A stretch of DNA of 64,000 nucleotides from assembly GCA_964016885.1 (NCBI GenBank), contig OZ024754.1, positions 25,792,001-25,856,000 on the forward strand, read 5' to 3'. Numbering within the stretch: position 1 is the first letter of the stretch; every line of letters begins with the position of its first letter. The position numbers and the translations under genes are program-made. This document shows positions 12,001 through 22,501 of this stretch, in pieces. A model generated the notes under the pieces. The model saw only the letters and a program-made list of their open reading frames with translations, was not told the DNA's origin and did no database searches. The DNA is from Eledone cirrhosa (Eukaryota).

Positions 12001-15000
12001 TCTCAGACAACCTGCTGCTGTCCACCTCTCCTGAGAGTTTCTTCTCAGACAACCTTCTGCTGTCCAGCTCTCTTGAGAGTTTCTTCTCAGACAACCTGCT
12101 GCTGTCCACCTCTCCTGAGAGTTTCTTCTCAGACAACCTGCTGCTGTCCACCTCTCCTGAGAGTTTCTTCTCAGACAACCTGCTGCTGTCCACCTCTCCT
12201 GAGAGTTTCTTCTCAGACAACCTGCTGCTGTCCACCTCTCCTGAGAGTTTCTTCTCAGACAACCTGCTGCTGTCCACCTCGCCTGAGAGTTTCTTCTCAG
12301 ACAACCTGTTGCTGTCCACCTCTCCCTGAGAGTTTCTTCTCAGACAACCTGCTGCTGTCCACCTCTCCTGAGAGTTTCTTCTCAGACAAACTGATGCTGT
12401 CCACCTCTCCTGAGAGTTTCTTCTCAGACGACATTCTGCTGTCCAGCTCTCCCTGAGAGTTTCTTCTCAGACAACCTTCAGCTGTCCACCTCTCCTGAGA
12501 GTTTCTTCTCAGACAACCTTCTGCTGTCCAGCTCTCTTGAAAGTTTCTTCTCAGACGACCTTCTGCTGTCCAGCTCTCCCGAGAGTTTCTTCTCAGACAA
12601 CCTTCTGCTGTCCACCTCTCCTGAGAGTTTCTTCTCAGACGACATTCTGCTGTCCAGCTCTCCTGAGAGTTTCTTCTCGGACAAACTGCTGCTGTCCACC
12701 TCTCCTGAGAGTTTCTTCTCAGACAACCTGCTGCTGTCCACCTCTCCTGAGAGTTTCTTCTCAGACAACTTGCTGCTGTCCACCTCTCCTGAGAGTTTCT
12801 TCTCAGACAACCTTCTGCTGTCCAGCTCTCTTGAGAGTTTCTTCTCAGACAACCTGCTGCTGTCCACCTCTCCTGAGAGTTTCTTCTCAGACAACCTGCT
12901 GCTGTCCACCTCTCCTGAGAGTTTCTTCTCAGGCAACCTGCTGCTGTCCACCTCTCCTGAGAGTTTCTTCTCAGACAACCTGCTGCTCTCCACCTCTCCT
13001 GAGAGTTTCTTCTCAGACAACCTGCTGCTGTCCACCTCTCCTGAGAGTTTCTTCTCAGACAAGCTGCTGCTGTCCACCTCTCCTGAGAGTTTCTTCTCAG
13101 ACAACCTGCTGCTGTCCACCTCTCCTGAGAGTTTCTTCTCAGACAACCTGCTGCTGTCCACCTCGCCTGAGAGTTTCTTCTCAGACAACCTGTTGCTGTC
13201 CACCTCTCCCTGAGAGTTTCTTCTCAGACAACCTGCTGCTGTCCACCTCTCCTGAGACTTTCTTCTCAGACAAACTGATGCTGTCCACCTCTCCTGAGAG
13301 TTTCTTCTCAGACGACCTTCTGCTGTCCAGCTCTCCCTGAGAGTTTCTTCTCAGACAACCTTCAGCTGTCCACCTCTCCTGAGAGTTTCTTCTCAGACAA
13401 CCTTCTGCTGTCCAGCTCTTCTGAAAGTTTCTTCACAGACAATCTTCTGCTGTACACCTCTCCTGAAAGTTTCTTCACAGACAACCTTCTGCTGTCCACC
13501 TCTCCTGAGAGTTTCTTCTCAGACAAACTGTGGCTGTCCACCTCTCCTGAGAGTTTCTTCTCAGACAACCTGCTGCTGTCCAGCTCTCTTGAGAGATTCT
13601 TCTCAGACAACCTGCTGCTGTCCACCTCTCCTGAGAGTTTCTTCTCAGACAACCTTCTGCTGTCCACATCTCCTGAGAGTTTCTTCGCAGCCAAGCTGTT
13701 GCTGTCCAACTCTCCCTGAGAGATTCTTCTCAGACGACCTTCTGCTGTCCACATCTCCTGAGAGTTTCTTCTCAGACACCCTGCCGCTGTCCACCTCTCC
13801 TGAGAGTTTCTTCTCAGACAACCTTCTGCTGTCCAGCTCTCCTGAGAGATTCTTCTCAGACAACCTTCTGCTGTACAGCTCTCCTAAGAGTTTCTTCCCA
13901 GACAACCTTCTGCTGTCCACCTCTCCTGATAGTTTCTTCTCAGACTACCTTCTGCTGTCCACCTCTCCTGAGAGTTTCTTCTCAGACAACCTTCTGCTGT
14001 CCAGCTCTCCTGAGAGTTTCTTCTCAGACAAGCTTCTGCTGTCCACCTCTCCTGAGAGTTTCTTCTCAGACGACCTTCTGCTGTCCAGCTCTCCCGAGAG
14101 TTTCTTCTCAGACAACCTTCTGCTGTCCACCTCTCCTGAGAGTTTCTTCTCAGACGACATTCTGCTGTCCACGTCTCCTGAGAGTTTCTTCTCAGACAAC
14201 CTGCCGCTGTCCAGCTCTCCTGAGAGTTTCTTCTCAGACAACCTTCTGCAGGTCCAGCTCTCCTGAGAGATTCTTCTCAGACAACCTTCTGCTGTACAGC
14301 TCTCCTGAGAGTTTCTTCTCAGACAAGCTTCTGCTGTCCACCTCTCCTGAGAGTTTCTTCTCAGACGACCTTCTGCTGTCCAGCTCTCCCTGAGAGTCTC
14401 TTCTAAGACAACCGGCTGCTGTCCACCTCTCCTGAGAGTTTCTTCTCAGACAACATTCTGCTATCCACCTCTCCGGAGAGTTTCTTCTCAGCCAACCTTC
14501 TGCTGTCCAGCTCTCCCGAGAGTTTCTTCTCAGACAACCTTCTGCTGTCCACCTCTCCTGAGAGTTTCTTCTCAGACGACATTCTGCTGTCCAGCTCTCC
14601 TGAGAGTTTCTTCTCGGACAAACTGCTGCTGTCCACCTCTCCTGAGAGTTTCTTCTCAGACAACCTGCTGCTGTCCACCTCTCCTGAGAGTTTCTTCTCA
14701 GACAACCTGCTGCTGTCCACCTCTCCTGAGAGTTTCTTCTCAGACAGCCTTCTGCTGTCCAGCTCTCTTGAGAGTTTCTTCTCAGACAACCTGCTGCTGT
14801 CCACCTCTCCTGAGAGTTTCTTCTCAGAAAACCTGCTGCTGTCCACCTCTCCTGAGAGTTTCTTCTCAGACAAGCTGCTGCTGTCCACCTCTCCTGAGAG
14901 TTTCTTCTCAGGCAACCTGCTGCTGTCCACCTCTCCTGAGAGTTTCTTCTCAGACAACCTTCTGCTGTCCAGCTCTCTTGAGAGTTTCTTCTCAGACAAC

Positions 15001-17800
15001 CTGCTGCTCTCCACCTCTCCTGAGAGTTTCTTCTCAGACAACCTGCTGCTGTCCACCTCTCCTGAGAGTTTCTTCTCAGACAAGCTGCTGCTGTCCACCT
15101 CTCCTGAGAGTTTCTTCTCAGACAACCTGCTGCTGTCCACCTCTCCTGAGAGTTTCTTCTCAGACAACCTGCTGCTGTCCACCTCGCCTGAGAGTTTCTT
15201 CTCAGACAACCTGTTGCTGTCCACCTCTCCCTGAGAGTTTCTTCTCAGACAACCTGCTGCTGTCCACCTCTCCTGAGAGTTTCTTCTCAGACAAACTGAT
15301 GCTGTCCACCTCTCCTGAGAGTTTCTTCTCAGACGACCTTCTGCTGTCCAGCTCTCCCTGAGAGTTTCTTCTCAGACAACCTTCAGCTGTCCACCTCTCC
15401 TGAGAGTTTCTTCTCAGACAACCATCTGCTGTCCAGCTCTTCTGAAAGTTTCTTCTCAGACAATCTTCTGCTGTACACCTCTCCTGAAAGTTTCTTCACA
15501 GACAACCTTCTGATGTCCACCTCTCCTGAGAGTTTCTTCTCAGACAAACTGTGGCTGTCCACCTCTCCTGAGAGTTTCTTCTCAGACAACCTGCTGCTGT
15601 CCAGCTCTCTTGAGAGATTCTTCTCAGACAACCTGCTGCTGTCCACCTCTCCTGAGAGTTTCTTCTCAGACAACCTTCTGCTGTCCACCTCTCCTGAGAG
15701 TTTCCTCGCAGACAAGCTGTTGCTGTCCAGCTCTCCCTGAGAGATTCTTCTCAGACGACCTTCTGCTGTCCACATCTCCTGAGAGTTTCTTCTCAGACAA
15801 CCTGCCGCTGTCCACCTCTCCTGAGAGTTTCTTCTCAGACAACCTTCTGCTGTCCAGCTCTCCTGAGAGATTCTTCTCAGACAACCTTCTGCTGTACAGC
15901 TCTCCTAAGAGTTTCTTCCCAGACAACCTTCTGCTGTCCACCTCTCCTGATAGTTTCTTCTCAGACGACCTTCTGCTGTCCACCTCTCCTGAGAGTTTCT
16001 TCTCAGACAACCTTCTGCTGTCCAGCTCTCCTGAGAGTTTCTTCTCAGACAAGCTTCTGCTGTCCACCTCTCCTGAGAGTTTCTTCTCAGACGACCTTCT
16101 GCTGTCCAGCTCTCCCTGAGAGTCTCTTCTAAGACAACCTGCTGCTGTCCACCTCTCCTGAGAGTTTCTTCTCAGACAACATTCTGCTATCCACCTCTCC
16201 GGAGAGTTTCTTCTCAGACAACCTTCTGCTGTCCAGCTCTCCCGAGAGTTTCTTCTCAGACAACCTTCTGCTGTCCACCTCTCCTGAGAGTTTCTTCTCA
16301 GACGACATTCTGCTGTCCAGCTTTCCTGAGAGTTTCTTCTCGGACAAACTGCTGCTGTCCACCTCTCCTGAGAGTTTCTTCTCAGACAACCTGCTGCTGT
16401 CCACCTCTCCTGAGAGTTTCTTCTCAGACAACCTGCTGCTGTCCACCTCTCCTGAGAGTTTCTTCTCAGACAACCTTCTGCTGTCCAGCTCTCTTGAGAG
16501 TTTCTTCTCAGACAACCTGCTGCTGTCCACCTCTCCTGAGAGTTTCTTCTCAGACAACCTGCTGCTGTCCACCTCTCCTGAGAGTTTCTTCTCAGACAAC
16601 CTGCTGCTGTCCACCTCTCCTGAGAGTTTCTTCTCAGACAACCTGCTGCTGTCCACCTCTCCTGAGAGTTTCTTCTCAGACAACCTGCTGCTGTCCACCT
16701 CGCCTGAGAGTTTCTTCTCAGACAACCTGTTGCTGTCCACCTCTCCCTGAGAGTTTCTTCTCAGACAACCTGCTGCTGTCCACCTCTCCTGAGAGTTTCT
16801 TCTCAGACAAACTGATGCTGTCCACCTCTCCTGAGAGTTTCTTCTCAGACGACATTCTGCTGTCCAGCTCTCCCTGAGAGTTTCTTCTCAGACAACCTTC
16901 AGCTGTCCACCTCTCCTGAGAGTTTCTTCTCAGACAACCTTCTGCTGTCCAGCTCTCCTGAAAGTTTCTTCTCAGACAATCTTCTGCTGTACACCTCTCC
17001 TGAAAGTTTCTTCTCAGACAACCTTCTGCTGTCCACCTCTCCTGAGAGTTTCTTCTCAGACAACATTCTGCTATCCACCTCTCCGGAGAGTTTCTTCTCA
17101 GACAACCTTCTGCTGTCCAGCTCTCCCGAGAGTTTCTTCTCAGACAACCTTCTGCTGTCCACGTCTCCTGAGAGTTTCTTCTCAGACGACATTCTGCTGT
17201 CCAGCTCTCCTGAGAGTTTCTTCTCGGACAAACTGCTGCTGTCCACCTCTCCTGAGAGTTTCTTCTCAGACAACCTGCTGCTGTCCACCTCTCCTGAGAG
17301 TTTCTTCTCAGACAATTTGCTGCTGTCCACCTCTCCTGAGAGTTTCTTCTCAGACAACCTTCTGCTGTCCAGCTCTCTTGAGAGTTTCTTCTCAGACAAC
17401 CTGCTGCTGTCCACCTCTCCTGAGAGTTTCTTCTCAGACAACCTGCTGCTGTCCACCTCTCCTGAGAGTTTCTTCTCAGACAAGCTGCTGCTGTCCACCT
17501 CTCCTGAGAGTTTCTTCTCAGGCAACCTGCTGCTGTCCACCTCTCCTGAGAGTTTCTTCTCAGACAACCTTCTGCTGTCCAGCTCTCTTGAGAGTTTCTT
17601 CTCAGACAACCTGCTGCTCTCCACCTCTCCTGAGAGTTTCTTCTCAGACAACCTGCTGCTGTCCACCTCTCCTGAGAGTTTCTTCTCAGACAAGCTGCTG
17701 CTGTCCACCTCGCCTGAGAGTTTCTTCTCAGACAACCTGTTGCTGTCCACCTCTCCCTGAGAGTTTCTTCTCAGACAACCTGCTGCTGTCCACCTCTCCT
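1..17800. repeat. Left HOR domain: related ~1.9-2.65 kb sub-units alternating into a ~4.4-4.6 kb higher-order period
   Basis: Marker monomer 'ctcttgagagattc' occurs at ~78, 2730, 4665, 7149, 9169, 11189, 13589 and 15610 (spacings 2652, 1935, 2484, 2020, 2020, 2400, 2021). Marker 'gagtctcttctaagac' occurs at ~597, 3543, 5184, 7962, 9982, 11708, 14403 and 16129. ORF offsets are 4587 (597->5184, 962->5549, 1367->5954) and 4421 (9982->14403, 11708->16129). Confidence 0.9.
7271..11341. repeat. Near-perfect tandem duplication of a 2020-bp (48-monomer) HOR unit
   Basis: ORF offsets are exactly 2020 (7962->9982, 8327->10347, 8942->10962). Private variants are shared at the same offset: 'ccttttgctg' ~7300/9320, 'caactttc' ~7465/9485, 'ctatccagc' ~8526/10546. 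2020 = 48x42 + 4, which matches four 43-mers per unit. Ends are approximate. Confidence 0.9.
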
Positions 17801-20800
17801 GAGAGTTTCTTCTCAGACAAACTGATGCTGTCCACCTCTCCTGAGAGTTTCTTCTCAGACGACCTTCTGCTGTCCAGCTCTCCCTGAGAGTTTCTTCTCA
17901 GACAACCTTCAGCTGTCCACCTCTCCTGAGAGTTTCTTCTCAGACAACCTTCTGCTGTCCAGCTCTTCTGAAAGTTTCTTCTCAGACAATCTTTTGCTGT
18001 ACACCTCTCCTGAAAGTTTCTTCACAGACAACCTTCTGCTGTCCACCTCTCCTGAGAGTTTCTTCTGAGACAAACTGTGGCTGTCCACCTCTCCTGAGAG
18101 ATTCTTCTCAGACAACCTGCTGCTGTCCACCTCTCCTGAGAGTTTCTTCGCAGACAAGCTGTTGCTGTCCAGCTCTCCCTGAGAGATTCTTCTCAGACGA
18201 CCTTCTGCTGTCCACATCTCCTGAGAGTTTCTTCTCAGACAACCTGCCGCTGTCCACCTCTCCTGAGAGTTTCTTCTCAGACAACCTTCTGCTGTCCAGC
18301 TCTCCTGAGAGATTCTTCTCAGAGAACCTTCTGCTGTACAGCTCTCCTAAGAGTTTCTTCCCAGACAACCTTCTGCTGTCCAGCTGTCCCTGAGAGTTTC
18401 TTCTCAGACAACCTTCTGCTGTCCAGCTCTCCCTGAGAGTTTCTTCTCAGACAACCTGCTGCTGTCCACCTCTCCTGAGAGTTTCTTCTCAGACAACCTG
18501 TTGCTGTCCACCTCTCCCTGAGAGTTTCTTCTCAGACAACCTGCTGCCTTCCACCTCTCCTGAGAGTTTCTTCTCAGACAACCTGCTGCTGTCCACCTCT
18601 CCTGAGAGTTTCTTCTCAGACGACCTACTGCTGTCCAGCTCTCCCTGAGAGTTTCTTCTCAAACAAACTTCTGCTGTCCACCTCTCCTGAGAGTTTCTTC
18701 TCAGACAACCTTCTGCTGTCCAGCTCTCCTGAGAGTTTCTTCTCAGACAACCTTCTGCTGCCCAGCTCTCCTGAGAGTTTCTTCTCAGACAAGCTGCTGC
18801 TGTCCACCTCTCCTGAGAGTTTCTTCTCAGACAACCTGCTGCTGTCCACCTCTCCTGAGAGTTTCTTCTCAGACAACCTGCTGCTGTCCACCTCGCCTGA
18901 GAGTTTCTTCTCAGACAACCTGTTGCTGTCCACCTCTCCCTGAGAGTTTCTTCTCAGACAACCTGCTGCTGTCCACCTCTCCTGAGAGTTTCTTCTCAGA
19001 CAAACTGATGCTGTCCACCTCTCCTGAGAGTTTCTTCTCAGACGACCTTCTGCTGTCCAGCTCTCCCTGAGAGTTTCTTCTCAGACAACCTTCAGCTGTC
19101 CACCTCTCCTGAGAGTTTCTTCTCAGACAACCATCTGCTGTCCAGCTCTTCTGAAAGTTTCTTCTCAGACAATCTTCTGCTGTACACCTCTCCTGAAAGT
19201 TTCTTCACAGACAACCTTCTGATGTCCACCTCTCCTGAGAGTTTCTTCTCAGACAAACTGTGGCTGTCCACCTCTCCTGAGAGTTTCTTCTCAGACAACC
19301 TGCTGCTGTCCAGCTCTCTTGAGAGATTCTTCTCAGACAACCTGCTGCTGTCCACCTCTCCTGAGAGTTTCTTCTCAGACAACCTTCTGCTGTCCACCTC
19401 TCCTGAGAGTTTCCTCGCAGACAAGCTGTTGCTGTCCAGCTCTCCCTGAGAGATTCTTCTCAGACGACCTTCTGCTGTCCACATCTCCTGAGAGTTTCTT
19501 CTCAGACAACCTGCCGCTGTCCACCTCTCCTGAGAGTTTCTTCTCAGACAACCTTCTGCTGTCCAGCTCTCCTGAGAGATTCTTCTCAGACAACCTTCTG
19601 CTGTACAGCTCTCCTAAGAGTTTCTTCCCAGACAACCTTCTGCTGTCCACCTCTCCTGATAGTTTCTTCTCAGACGACCTTCTGCTGTCCACCTCTCCTG
19701 AGAGTTTCTTCTCAGACAACCTTCTGCTGTCCAGCTCTCCTGAGAGTTTCTTCTCAGACAAGCTTCTGCTGTCCACCTCTCCTGAGAGTTTCTTCTCAGA
19801 CGACCTTCTGCTGTCCAGCTCTCCCTGAGAGTCTCTTCTAAGACAACCTGCTGCTGTCCACCTCTCCTGAGAGTTTCTTCTCAGACAACATTCTGCTATC
19901 CACCTCTCCGGAGAGTTTCTTCTCAGACAACCTTCTGCTGTCCAGCTCTCCCGAGAGTTTCTTCTCAGACAACCTTCTGCTGTCCACCTCTCCTGAGAGT
20001 TTCTTCTCAGACGACATTCTGCTGTCCAGCTTTCCTGAGAGTTTCTTCTCGGACAAACTGCTGCTGTCCACCTCTCCTGAGAGTTTCTTCTCAGACAACC
20101 TGCTGCTGTCCACCTCTCCTGAGAGTTTCTTCTCAGACAACCTGCTGCTGTCCACCTCTCCTGAGAGTTTCTTCTCAGACAACCTTCTGCTGTCCAGCTC
20201 TCTTGAGAGTTTCTTCTCAGACAACCTGCTGCTGTCCACCTCTCCTGAGAGTTTCTTCTCAGACAACCTGCTGCTGTCCACCTCTCCTGAGAGTTTCTTC
20301 TCAGACAACCTGCTGCTGTCCACCTCTCCTGAGAGTTTCTTCTCAGACAACCTGCTGCTGTCCACCTCTCCTGAGAGTTTCTTCTCAGACAACCTGCTGC
20401 TGTCCACCTCGCCTGAGAGTTTCTTCTCAGACAACCTGTTGCTGTCCACCTCTCCCTGAGAGTTTCTTCTCAGACAACCTGCTGCTGTCCACCTCTCCTG
20501 AGAGTTTCTTCTCAGACAAACTGATGCTGTCCACCTCTCCTGAGAGTTTCTTCTCAGACGACATTCTGCTGTCCAGCTCTCCCTGAGAGTTTCTTCTCAG
20601 ACAACCTTCAGCTGTCCACCTCTCCTGAGAGTTTCTTCTCAGACAACCTTCTGCTGTCCAGCTCTCCTGAAAGTTTCTTCTCAGACAATCTTCTGCTGTA
20701 CACCTCTCCTGAAAGTTTCTTCTCAGACAACCTTCTGCTGTCCACCTCTCCTGAGAGTTTCTTCTCAGACAACATTCTGCTATCCACCTCTCCGGAGAGT

Positions 20801-22501
20801 TTCTTCTCAGACAACCTTCTGCTGTCCAGCTCTCCCGAGAGTTTCTTCTCAGACAACCTTCTGCTGTCCACGTCTCCTGAGAGTTTCTTCTCAGACGACA
20901 TTCTGCTGTCCAGCTCTCCTGAGAGTTTCTTCTCGGACAAACTGCTGCTGTCCACCTCTCCTGAGAGTTTCTTCTCAGACAACCTGCTGCTGTCCACCTC
21001 TCCTGAGAGTTTCTTCTCAGACAATTTGCTGCTGTCCACCTCTCCTGAGAGTTTCTTCTCAGACAACCTTCTGCTGTCCAGCTCTCTTGAGAGTTTCTTC
21101 TCAGACAACCTGCTGCTGTCCACCTCTCCTGAGAGTTTCTTCTCAGACAACCTGCTGCTGTCCACCTCTCCTGAGAGTTTCTTCTCAGACAAGCTGCTGC
21201 TGTCCACCTCTCCTGAGAGTTTCTTCTCAGGCAACCTGCTGCTGTCCACCTCTCCTGAGAGTTTCTTCTCAGACAACCTTCTGCTGTCCAGCTCTCTTGA
21301 GAGTTTCTTCTCAGACAACCTGCTGCTCTCCACCTCTCCTGAGAGTTTCTTCTCAGACAACCTGCTGCTGTCCACCTCTCCTGAGAGTTTCTTCTCAGAC
21401 AAGCTGCTGCTGTCCACCTCGCCTGAGAGTTTCTTCTCAGACAACCTGTTGCTGTCCACCTCTCCCTGAGAGTTTCTTCTCAGACAACCTGCTGCTGTCC
21501 ACCTCTCCTGAGAGTTTCTTCTCAGACAAACTGATGCTGTCCACCTCTCCTGAGAGTTTCTTCTCAGACGACCTTCTGCTGTCCAGCTCTCCCTGAGAGT
21601 TTCTTCTCAGACAACCTTCAGCTGTCCACCTCTCCTGAGAGTTTCTTCTCAGACAACCTTCTGCTGTCCAGCTCTTCTGAAAGTTTCTTCTCAGACAATC
21701 TTTTGCTGTACACCTCTCCTGAAAGTTTCTTCACAGACAACCTTCTGCTGTCCACCTCTCCTGAGAGTTTCTTCTGAGACAAACTGTGGCTGTCCACCTC
21801 TCCTGAGAGATTCTTCTCAGACAACCTGCTGCTGTCCACCTCTCCTGAGAGTTTCTTCGCAGACAAGCTGTTGCTGTCCAGCTCTCCCTGAGAGATTCTT
21901 CTCAGACGACCTTCTGCTGTCCACATCTCCTGAGAGTTTCTTCTCAGACAACCTGCCGCTGTCCACCTCTCCTGAGAGTTTCTTCTCAGACAACCTTCTG
22001 CTGTCCAGCTCTCCTGAGAGATTCTTCTCAGAGAACCTTCTGCTGTACAGCTCTCCTAAGAGTTTCTTCCCAGACAACCTTCTGCTGTCCAGCTGTCCCT
22101 GAGAGTTTCTTCTCAGACAACCTTCTGCTGTCCAGCTCTCCCTGAGAGTTTCTTCTCAGACAACCTGCTGCTGTCCACCTCTCCTGAGAGTTTCTTCTCA
22201 GACAACCTGTTGCTGTCCACCTCTCCCTGAGAGTTTCTTCTCAGACAACCTGCTGCCTTCCACCTCTCCTGAGAGTTTCTTCTCAGACAACCTGCTGCTG
22301 TCCACCTCTCCTGAGAGTTTCTTCTCAGACGACCTACTGCTGTCCAGCTCTCCCTGAGAGTTTCTTCTCAAACAAACTTCTGCTGTCCACCTCTCCTGAG
22401 AGTTTCTTCTCAGACAACCTTCTGCTGTCCAGCTCTCCTGAGAGTTTCTTCTCAGACAACCTTCTGCTGCCCAGCTCTCCTGAGAGTTTCTTCTCAGACA
22501 A
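15057..22501. repeat. Tandem duplication of a 3709-bp block (~88 monomers)
   Basis: Identical ORFs at offset 3709 (15383->19092, 16129->19838, 16899->20608, 17909->21618, 18108->21817). Private variants are shared ('accatctg', 'ttcctcgcag', 'ctgccttcc', 'ctcaaacaaac'). Identity breaks at 15056/18765 and 18793/22502. Confidence 0.93.
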
